The position numbers and the translations under genes are program-made. From NCBI GenBank assembly GCA_036172245.1, contig JAYWIR010000001.1, forward strand, positions 11,594,001 to 11,658,000: a DNA stretch of 64,000 nt, in the 5' to 3' direction. Position 1 is the stretch's first letter, and each line of letters begins with the position of its first letter. The notes below the pieces were generated by a model. It saw only the letters and a list, made by a program, of their open reading frames with translations. It was not told the DNA's origin and ran no database searches. The DNA is from Raillietiella orientalis (Eukaryota). Of the stretch, positions 9,967 through 19,815 are shown piece after piece.

Positions 9967-12521
9967 GTAAGCACGCGGCGCACCCTCGGCCGCGACGGCT
10001 CGGGGTTGCCGTCGAGGCGGCGGAAAGGGGAAAACCGTTCCCGTTTCCAGAGCAACAAGCCGTTCATGGAGAAGAAGCGTAGGGCGAGGATAAACCGCTG
10101 CCTCAACGAACTCAAGGCTCTCATCCTGGAAGCCATGAAGAAAGACGTGAGTAAAGAGAGGAAAGGAAAAAAAAAAAAAAAAAGTTTCGTTCCCGCCTGC
10201 CCTGCGCGCGCGTTCCCTGGAGACGGGGGAGCCAGTTAGACCCGTGAGCGTTTTTCCCCGTCGGGTTTCCCTGCCGCATCCCGAGCTCCCGTGGAGCGAT
10301 GCGTGCTTGTTTGCTTGCTTGCCTGCCTGCCTGTCCGGAAGGAAAATCCGGGGGTTGCCGCTTGCTTCCGAGACGCTCCGTGTCGTTTCCTTAGGAGACG
10401 GGGCGAACACGTCGGCCCTGCCTTCGTGGCCGAATCGTCGTGGAAACCGGAATGAGCCACCCGGTTCGAGCAAAGGATCACGGTCAGCCCCCTTCCTTCC
10501 TCCCCACCCCCACCCTCTTTTCTCTCCCTCTTGCCGCTTAGGTTTCCATCTTCTCACCTTCCCCCCCCCCCCCCCCCCCCACGATGTCTCCACCAACCCG
10601 TTTCGACGTCCCGTTCTCGCAAGCTGCCCTGATTGATTGTTGCCTGGCAACGTGGCGCACGTCGTCCCGTCATGAGCTGCACGCGGAACTTTCGCGCTGT
10701 CTCCATCCCTCAGCAAGGAATCCGAGAACACAGCGAGAGGGTGTCTGTCTGGAAGTGAAGAGCTCCACTGGGACCCGACGTGGCAAGGAAACGGCGGCAC
10801 AGACTGCCACCCCCCTGCCATCGACACCCACCCACCGGTGGATGTCGATCGCCATCTCGACTTTTCGCCAGGGACGGCCACAGCGGGAGTTGAAAGGCTC
10901 TCTCTGCTTTGCCCTGGGGATCGGTGCGGCAAATCCAAACCACCACCACCACCGTCCGCGGCGGAGGGAAGGGACCGCATTTCAGTCTTCGAGTTTCGAA
11001 GCGCAGGCATCCTCGCACCCGCACGCACTCATTCACTCGCGCGCGCGCGCGCACACGTGCATACGATTTGACCCTGCGTGGGCACGCCTGGAATCTCCGT
11101 TAACTTACTATCCGGGGGGGGATTAGCGTGTCGCGTTGGCACGCATGCGTGCGCGTGGAAAGTGCTGCTGCTCACGCTTTCTAACAGTTTTTTTCTTTCT
11201 TTCGTCCTTCTCCACCCCCCCCCCCCCCCATCGCCCCCTCCTTCCCCCATCATTTCCTTTCATTGTGTTTTCTTGTCAGCCTGCTCGTCATTCCAAGATC
11301 GAGAAAGCAGATATACTGGAGATGACAGTCCAGCATCTGAAAAACGTCCAGGAGACTCAGCTGGCTTTCGCCGTCTCCACGGACCCGACTGTGCTCCAGA
11401 GATTCAAGCTCGGGTTCAGTGAGTGCGCCGAGGAAGTCAGCCGGTACGTGAACTGCATCGACGGGATGGACTCGTCCCTGAAGCACCGGCTTCTCAACCA
11501 CATCTCGTCGAGCGTGAGCAACGTCCAGAAGCTCAGTTCCCCCTGCACGATCGTGAACTCCATAGGATTCCCTCCGGCTCTGAACCAGCACCTGAAGGCA
11601 AACGGTATTTCCTCCAGCCCAAACCACCTCTTTGACGTCGTGTCTCAAGCAGCCGCGGAAGACGTCAACAACAACCACCAGAAGCGGCTGCTCGGTGGTT
11701 TCCAACTCATACCAAGCCGCCTGCCGAGCGGAGAAATCGCGTTTGTCATACCAAAGTCTTCTCAGGTGCCCCCCACCCTGTTGCCTTACGTCGCCGCGGA
11801 CCTGCAGATGCCTTCCCACTCGAACGGGTCCAGCCTGTGCTTTCATCCTTCGGACTTGAAGGCGAAAGACCACAAAATGTTCCCCAGTGATGTGGTGATT
11901 CGCGGCGAGAACAACAACTCCACCTTCGTTTTGTCGTACGATAATTCCCAGAAAGAGACCCGGTTGCCCCCGGTCTCGGAAGCATTCATCCACGAGCCGT
12001 TCGGCGGTCCCAAATCGAAGAGCCGCCCGGAAGAGGGGCTCAAACCATCCACGGCAGTTCAGGACGAAGCACTGGGATCGAAACCTTTTATCGAAACTAG
12101 AAACCTCAATACATCTTTGCTATCCTCCTCCTACATTAACAGTCACGAGAAAAGCTCGAAGAAGGAGCCGTTGCTCATAGGAAGTGGAAATGGAGCTTTC
12201 TCCGTGTATCGCTCCCGTAAAAATCATCAGAGTAGAGAAGAAAGCATTAACTGCGACAGGAAAGACCGCATGAAAGAACACTTGCAGGCAGGCAGAGTGC
12301 CTGGCTCTAATGGTCACCCATACGGTGAGAAAATCAAGAAGCTGAATGTGTACAAGGAAAACCTGGAGGTCTCGGGTGTGACACTGACGGATGACGTCGT
12401 GAAGGCAAATCCCACAAGAATTATCAAAGTGGAACCCTTGCGGACGGACAATGATGCGCGTCCACAGTGGGAAAGGTGTTTCCCAAATAATGACCCTGAC
12501 TGCGTGTGGAGACCCTGGTAG
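9838..12521 (+). CDS. dpn: deadpan-like bHLH-Orange transcriptional repressor; join(9838..9966,10051..10146,11280..12521), ~488 aa
   Basis: Spliced translation MPVDDD...[67 protein letters not shown]...DPTVLQRFKLGFSECAEEVSRY...GGFQLIPSRLPSGEIAFVIP...WRPW-stop. GT-AG introns at 9967..10050 and 10147..11279, in the same positions as in the neighbouring gene. LSxAExRK, LILEAMKKD and ECAEEVxRY match Deadpan as recalled. Confidence 0.9.
10051..10146 (+). CDS. dpn: deadpan-like coding exon 2 (96 nt)
   Basis: Acceptor tttccag|AGC and donor GAC|gtgagt; bHLH basic region and helix 1. Confidence 0.95.
11280..12521 (+). CDS. dpn: deadpan-like coding exon 3
   Basis: Polypyrimidine tract then ttgtcag|CCT GCT CGT CAT; matches track ORF 11136..12521, which ends WRPW-TAG. 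Confidence 0.95.
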   Translation, partial: PARHSKIEKADILEMTVQHLKNVQETQLAFAVSTDPTVLQRFKLGFSECAEEVSRYVNCIDGMDSSLKHRLLNHISSSVSNVQKLSSPCTIVNSIGFPPALNQHLKANGISSSPNHLFDVVSQAAAEDVNNNHQKRLLGGFQLIPSRLPSGEIAFVIPKSSQVPPTLLPYVAADLQMPSHSNGSSLCFHPSDLKAKDHKMFPSDVVIRGENNNSTFVLSYDNSQKETRLPPVSEAFIHEPFGGPKSKSRPEEGLKPSTAVQDEALGSKPFIETRNLNTSLLSSSYINSHEKSSKKEPLLIGSGNGAFSVYRSRKNHQSREESINCDRKDRMKEHLQAGRVPGSNGHPYGEKIKKLNVYKENLEVSGVTLTDDVVKANPTRIIKVEPLRTDNDARPQWERCFPNNDPDCVWRPW

Positions 12522-12586
12522 CGGGTAGAGTGACCGACCGCTTCAGCTGCCGTGATGGCCATCCAGCCTGTGCCAGAAATCAGCAA

Positions 12587-12603
12587 AGCTTTTCATCTGT
12601 GAT
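12587..12603 (+). promoter_or_regulatory. Brd-box-like hexamer plus K-box in the deadpan-like 3' UTR
   Basis: AGCTTT at 12587-12592 and CTGTGAT at 12597-12603, 65-80 nt after the stop codon. Confidence 0.55.
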
Positions 12604-12750
12604 TCTTTCTCTCTGTTCCTCTCTCTCTGTGTGTGTGTCTGTGTCTTCTCTCGCAAGAAGGCTGGTGCGTACCTGAAACGCCGCAAGCGGTCCGCGCGAA
12701 CGGCGCGAAGGACCGAAAAACCTGGAGGTACCGTCGAGCCGGGGGGATGA

Positions 12751-12756
12751 AATAAA
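12751..12756 (+). terminator. Candidate polyadenylation signal of the deadpan-like gene
   Basis: First AATAAA after the stop codon; another lies near 13357. Confidence 0.45.
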
Positions 12757-13899
12757 CCATCGTTCAAACGTGGTCATTTTGACTGGTCACCACCAGCAGC
12801 ACTCATTCCGCACATGAAGGTGGGTTGTGTGGGCGGGACACGGCCACTCTCCTCTCTCTCCCCTCCTCCTGTGCATCCTCCTCCCTTTCATCCGCTTTTG
12901 TTCTGTTTTTTTTTTTTTGTTTTTTGAAAAACAACAAAAAGGAGCGTCAGGTGTACCGAAATTGCGTCCCAGCCAAGCGTCTTCTGCAGAACTGGATAGC
13001 GGAAATCCGACGAACTCGAGGAAACGCGTCGGATGCTGCCCGAAGTAAATATAAAACACATCGGAGGACGAAAAAAGGAAACTGCGGCGACGATTTCCGA
13101 ACCGAATTTTCCACGTTTCCAATGATTTTTCCTTTTTTCCTTGGAAAAAAGGAGAGAGGGGGGGAAAAAAAGAAACGATTCTGCTTACTATTTTTAGTAA
13201 ATTTCGTTAATTGGAAATTTTCTTTTGCTGCTGCGAGGGCAATTAACTCACCGCCCCCGCATTGTTGGCGGAGAGGAGGAGGAGAGGGGGGGGGGGGGGG
13301 GGAAGAAACGACAAAGAAAGAACGTCCGCCGTCCGATCGCTCGACGGGCTTCGTAGAATAAAATAGAGTGCGTTCTGACATCGCAGGTACACCGCGAGCC
13401 CTTTTTCCGATTCCTTCCCGCGAAGGAAACGGAGGGAAATTCCCCCCCCCCCTCCCTCCCTCGCGTTCCGGATTCCCTGATCCCGTTGCGCGCGCGCGTC
13501 GTTGTTTACCGACACCACGCTCGGGAGCAGGGCGCCTGCAACACGTAGTCGGAGCTCAAGTGTCCATCTGGGAGGACCCGCCCCAGCGTGACGCAGTCTC
13601 CCGCAAGTCAGGTGCGGCCGCTGGGAAGCGCGGAGCGTCCACGGGGATCCATCAGGGGCGTGTTAGAGGAGCGGACAGGCTTCCAGGAACGGCTGACGAG
13701 GAGCGGTTTTTTTCTTCTTCTCCTTCCTTTGATAAAAAGCGAAAAAAGCTAAAGTGTTGCGTTCAAGGTTTGGAAAGGCGTGGACGTCCCGGTCCAGTGG
13801 TCAGTGGCCCGAACCTTCCTGCTGCTTGCCGTTCCGGCATCGCGGGGGGAAACCTAGCGAATTTCGGGAGAAGAGACCAAAGAAGGTCGATGCTATTCG

Positions 13900-14290
13900 C
13901 AGTGCTGGTGGTCGGTTCCCGGTCCCGGTCACCCGCCAGCGTTTTTCTCCCTTCACCTCCCTCATCACAGATACAAAAAGCTTTGTCCTTTCGATATCTG
14001 GCGGACGTTCTGCTCATTCAACCGTCATTCTGAGCGTTGGCTGTCCTGGCGGATCTGTCGAAAGGTTAAGGATTCCCCGTCTTTCCTACGAGTGGTCGGT
14101 GGTCTCAGGCTGGATCCTACACCTCAACCGTCCCTCCTTTTTCCCTCAAGGAAACTTCCTGCTCGAGCCAACATGCATGGTTCCAGGATCGCTTAGTGGG
14201 AGGTGGTAATCCAATGATAAGAACATCCGATGTTTGTTGCGGTTTGCACAGCATCCTTCGCTGGAGATGGAGGCGGCTGCCACTCCTGGC
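13900..14290 (-). mobile_element. Possible decayed DDE DNA-transposase fragment (Sola-like)
   Basis: Lower-GC block; minus-strand SEGCCANRNKHRMFLSL resembles the SDxCxGQNKN motif of such transposases; frames are disrupted. Confidence 0.25.
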
Positions 14291-17200
14291 TCGCGCGTCG
14301 GCGTCTGCTCTTGCTCCTCCGGAAGATTCCGCCCAAGATTCGATTTCATCCAAGCGCCGTGGGCAGCAGGAACCTACACCGTCCAAGAACGCGGCTGTCC
14401 CCTGCGTGCGCGTCGCACTCGGATGACCATCGGCTCGCATGGATTTTCCGCCAGTTTCTCTCACCAGCCCGCGATCAGAACGAACCGAAACGGAAGAAAG
14501 TAAACGATCAAAGACGCGGGAAACGCCGCTCTCGGCGAGGGGGGGTCCCTTAGAAACCGTGTTACACATTTGATAAGGATGAGCGCAGATATTTATGGAT
14601 GCGGTCGAAGCAAAACGGTCGAGGAACCGGACGCAAATAGGCGGCAATCCGCTATACGGGAGAGGAGGAAAAAAAATATTTTTGTCGACTTCCGTTAGCG
14701 CGCGTCCCGCGAAGGATGCAACTCATGTATGACCGAGAGTTAATTTCTATAATTGAAATGCCTGCGTTTCGTGGAAGACGCTCTAAGCCATGGGTGGGCG
14801 GTCACATTTTGCCAGCCCGGCGTGTTACACGCACTCAGTATGTCATGACGGCATTTGTGCTTTTTCCCTCTGCTCCTCTGGCAACCGTAGTTGACACGTT
14901 GGGTTTCGACACGTAATTCTTCCGCAGCTTCAACATATGCATTCCGCATTTCTTCTGCTTCCTTTCTTTGCCTACTCCTCCTTCCCTCCCTCCTTACTCT
15001 TGTAATTCCAGCTAAACTCAAGTTTCTTTGTTTACTTTGAAGGTTTCGTCCCCTGGCATCGTGGGGTCGGGGGGGCATTCTTAATTCCAGCCAACCATGC
15101 AATTAAGATTATGTATGCGTGCATGTGGTGTTATACATATAAAACCTTTGGCGAGCCGCATTACGACGAGCAGAGATCTCTACACCCCTTTGAAGATGAC
15201 TTTCGGAAGTGTGCGATCTTCTTCTACGCTCAGCCAACGACTGCAAGCAGCAGCAGTCCTGGAGCAAGTTGGTGGATCCCTCGCTGCTTCGAAGGATTTG
15301 TTTTCTTCCTCTCTCTCTTTTCTTCCAGTTCCCTTCGAGGAACGCAGACTTTTCACAAGACCTTTGCACCGAGGACCGCGGACGGACAGCACCCCGACCA
15401 TGCTGTCGCAGCACACGAAGCCCGCTGGCACGGGAAGGGCGCGCGCGGCCGTGGACGCAAACGCGCGCACCCACGTCCGAGAACGCTCGTGTCTGCCTCC
15501 CGGGCTGAGGAACGGACGCTGCGGAACTGCGACGGTCCATCAGCAGGACGTCATAAGGAAGGAAGGGCACGTGCCATCGTGATGGGCTTCTTCTGGACGT
15601 GTTTCGAGCGTAGGCCACGTGTAGCGGAGCGGACGGCACGCCTGGCGCCCGGGCCGCGTCGGCGCGCCCGGGCGCCTCGCCACACACGTGGGGGCGTTCT
15701 GCCCCTCTGCGCCCGCCCGGGCCGCGGGAAGGCGCGCTTTCGGAGTCTGTGCGCCGGCTTGCATGTGCCGGCAGGCGTCCTCCGACCAGGCACGCAGAGC
15801 CGCAGCGGCTAATTGTACACCAGACGGGAGGAAGGTGTTATTCGCGTCTCTTCCGTGGCTCCGCAAAGATCCTCCCCCCGTTTTTCCCGAAGGCGCCATC
15901 AAGGAATCGACGGCGTTGCGAGGGTTCGGATGTCGGTAACCACGGGGATCAGCAGATTGCAGCCTTCCGCCGAGCGTGGGAAGGTGTGTGTGCGATTATT
16001 ACAGGAACCGGCGCGAGAACCCTCGGGAAATGCGGAACCGAGAGGAAGGGATTGACAGGATGACGGCAGGCGCTTCTGCCTACCGGGAAGGATGCGCCAG
16101 GGCTCCCTGAAACGGCGGCAACCCTCGCTTCATCCGATCTCCGACGTCAGGGACGGCTCGGCCCCGAACGCCGAAAGTGGCACCTACTGGCCGGCTCGGA
16201 ACACGGAGCGGTTCGGTCATTTCCGCACGGCCCAAGAGGAGAGATGCACGGAGGAGGCACGAAAGAAAAGACGGCTGGCGGGCGCCGGCATTCGCGGATC
16301 CCTTCCGGGAGGGAGGGAGGAGGAGGAAGGGGGGGGGGGAGAGTCCCCTCCCCGGCGGAACGATGTGTGAGGTGAGCGCACGAATGCCGACATTGGAAGG
16401 AGAGAGTCGATTACCAGAGGAGATGGTAATGACGAGGCGATGAGGCTGGTCCAATAGGGGAGGAGTCTCCCCGCGGAGCAGCAGCACGGGGGACGGCCGC
16501 CTTCGGGCGGCGAGCAGCGACTCTTTTTTTTTTTGCCTGGCAGGTCCGGGAAGGGTTTAGGTCGCCGCGCGGCAGCGGCGAGCAGCCGGGTTCGGCGGAG
16601 CAACTCCTTGGTTCCCGATGACCGCCGAAGGAAACTGTCATCAAATTATCCGAGATAATGACGGCGCTTTCTGTTCGATGGAGACGAAAACAAAAGTGGG
16701 AAAAACCAGGGAGGCAACCCCCACGTGAAATTATGACCCGTCCGACCGGAAGTGCACAGTTTGGCGCGAAATGGGGACTCGTCGGCATGGAACCCCCCCT
16801 TCCTTTCCGGAGATCCCGCGCACTCGCAGACCGTCCGAAGCCACTTACCGAGCCACGCGGACGGGGCAGAGCGCCTGCGGGCGCGGAGCTGCTGTCCGTC
16901 ACGTCTCTCACGAAGTGACCGGAGGGGGTGACCTTGCGTTCGCACGCCCTCTGGCCGAGACGTGCGTGCGGTGGCGGCAGCGCGGAAGCGCACCCCTCCC
17001 TCCGCGCTGCTGATGCTCCACCGCGGAGCGGTCCGAGCATCTCCTCTGCGCGGGACAGGAGGTGTGCCACCTGTCTGCATCTGCGACGTCCTCTTTCCGT
17101 CTCCTCTTCCTCCTCTTCGTCTTCCCCTTCTTCTTCCTTGCTCCTACTGCTTCCTCCCCTCTTTCTTCCTTTTCCCTCCTCCTCCTCTTTCCTCCATCCT

Positions 17201-17499
17201 CCCTTTCTCCTCCTCCTCCTGCCCTCCTCTCGAGATAATCAGGCAGCCCCTTCCCCGCGCGCATCGTCTCCCATCGCGAGATGTTCGGAGGGAGGAATTC
17301 GCCCCGAGGTGGTCTCTGCACAGCAGTCGCTTGCCTCTCCCCTGGTGGGGTGGCTTGCGAGCACCACGGTGCCTCCAGCCAAGAGGAGCAAGCTGTCCCA
17401 TCGCGCGGGTGTGCGCTCACCGACTTCCCTTCCGCTTCTTCAGACCACCTTCAAGCAGGTCTCTTCGCGAGCGCCCCACTCCTGAAAGGCCCCTCCGAG

Positions 17500-17800
17500 G
17501 TCGGGGCACCTCTTGGGACACTCGAACCGCTATCCACCGGGTACGCTGCCCCGGGAAGGGACTCGTCTTGCGGAGCTGATTTTCGAGGTGCAGCACCTCT
17601 GGCGAGGACGCATCGGGAGGACTGCAGGCGCTCCGGGGCGATCCCCTCCAGCTGTCCACAAGGGGACGATCCCGGATGCGTGCGGAGGGAGCGCACCCCT
17701 CACCAGTTGGCTGGCGCCCTTCTGGCGGCAATGCTCGGTGCTGGAGGAGCAACCTCACCGTCGTGCCGAGGGGGTGGAGGAGGGGCCACCAGGGGATTCT
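17500..17800 (+). mobile_element. Possible decayed LINE ORF1 zinc-knuckle fragment
   Basis: Frameshifted RCSTSGED..HREDCR and ACGGS.P motifs resemble tandem CCHC knuckles. Confidence 0.25.
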
Positions 17801-19459
17801 TCCACCCATTTCCGGCCTGCTCTTCGGAGGCCCTCTGAAAGGGCCCGATGAGGCGAGTTCGAGCTCCGAGTCGCCTCCGGGCACGTCGCGGTCGTCTTCC
17901 GACCTGTCCTCCTTCAGGCAAACGCCCTGGAGGAAGCGCCCGCCCTCGAGACCTCGGGCGCAACCGCAGGCCCACGCCCGCCTCTCGAAGCGCCTCTTCC
18001 CGTGGGAGCACGGACGTTCCCGACGCGTCCCGGCGGCGGTGCTGCCGGGCGACCAGCCCTCGCAGCCCTCAGGGCGAGTGCAGCATCCGGTCGCAGCCAT
18101 CCGGTCCACTTCGCGGGGGCTCCGTCTTTCTCCCCCATCTGCTCTTCCTCCACGCCCCTGCGCACTTCCAGGGTCGACGGGGGGCGTGGCTGACAGCTGG
18201 TCTCCCGCGTCATGCGAGAAGTTCCCGCCAATCCTCCGGGAGCTTGGGTGGTCACCGCGCCGGAGCTGGGAACCCGCTGGCCATCGAGCGGTCCCTCGCG
18301 CGGAAGAGGCGACGATGCCCCAAAGCGGCCACCGAGAGTCTCCGTCCCGCCCCTTTCCTTCTGCTGGAGGCGCAGGTCGGCGCGCTTCTCCGCACGCGAC
18401 GAGGGATGGCGGCTTCGGACTCCCGCGTGAGCAGCTCCCTGCTCCTCCCTCCTTCGGGGACCTGACGGCCGCCGGCCGGCCGGTCACCTCCATCCCGGGT
18501 GGAGAGGAGCCCCGGATCTTGGATGCCTCGAGGGCATTTTGTCCTCCTCCGTGGCACTCCGATCGATGCACGGGTGGTGAGAGGGGGAAAGCCTCGTGAC
18601 GCCCCTACGTCCGCCCCGCCGCCTCCGTGGCGGGTAACACCCGCGAAGCCGGATGCTGAAAATGGACCCCTCTCGATCCGGACCTTCAGGAGGATCGGAA
18701 AAGGATACAGAGAGCGTCCTCAACCCCACAGGGGTGGAGGGGCGTCGGTTGAGTTGAGGTGGTCCTTGCTTGATGGCGCGCCTCGCAGGGAGAGCAGGGA
18801 AGATGACCTCCTGGGGTTGCTCCTGGCGAGCTGCCGTTCGCACAAGGGCGGTTCCGAGGACCTCTCGTCTGGAGATAGGAAAGATGGCGCAGGCCGACGC
18901 CAATGCCTCCTCGCTGGCGAGAGACGCTCCCCGCGCCTGCGTCCGCAGCAGCTGCACGGAAGCGCGGGCGGGGGAGAGGAACCTGCGTCCTGCCCTCCCC
19001 GCCTATCGTTCGAAGTGCCATCGGCGCCCTGGTGGCGCTGTCCCCCAGTGCAACTGACCCTGAAGGAAGTCCACGAGACTGGTCAGCTGCCAGCGGACGA
19101 ATCCCCCCTGATAGGTGCTCCGGCTCAGCCGGGCCCGTGTGCTGCTACTTCGCTGAGATCCCGGAGGCAGTGCTGTGGAGCCAGGTCCGGGCTGCTGAAG
19201 CTGCTCCGTTCGAAGCAGCCAGACCGGGGCGTCCTGATGGGGCATAGCCCGCCAGGAAGGGTTCGCGGGACGAGTCCAGATGGGAAGAAACCAGGCGAAC
19301 TGGAAACTGTGGGTGCGAGTAGGGGGGTGGTGAGAGATGACTACAGGACTGCGAACCATCAGCTCTGCGGCATTGAATATCCTCCACCCCAGAGATGGAG
19401 GCGCGTTAAACCGGAAGGGATACGTCGGGGACTCCTCGCTGGACGGACGGTTGCGGTGA

Positions 19460-19815
19460 TGACGACGACGAGGATGATGAAGAGGAAGAGGAAGAGAAAG
19501 AGTAAGGAAGGAACAGAAAAGGAAGGAGTCGGGAACGAAGGGGGAAGAGAGGAGGAGGGAGGGAGGAAGAGGAGGAAAACAGGACAAGGAAGAAGGGAGG
19601 AAGGGGAAAGGAGGAGGAGGAAGGAAGGACGAGGAGTAGGAAGGAAGGAGGAAAAGATGACATGACAGGGAGGGGAAGAGAGGAAGTGGAAGGGAGCAGG
19701 AGGGCAAAAGGGAGGGAAAAGAGGGCGAGGTGGAAGGGAGGAGGAGAGGATCCCTATGAAGCCACGAGGGAGGATCTCGGAAAGTGAGAGAGCAGAAAGA
19801 GTAGAGGATAGAGGA
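19460..19815 (+). repeat. GA-rich low-complexity polypurine tract
   Basis: ~350 nt almost entirely G/A, built of gga/gaa/agg units. Confidence 0.9.

Noticed and set aside
8719-10239. 506-aa ORF as a long N-terminal extension of the deadpan-like protein
   Set aside because: The upstream part is low-complexity, runs through homopolymers and lies 5' of the Inr/DPE; only 9838-9966 and 10051-10146 are supported as coding.
11250-11993. 247-aa minus-strand ORF opposite deadpan-like exon 3
   Set aside because: Antisense shadow of a GC3-rich coding exon.
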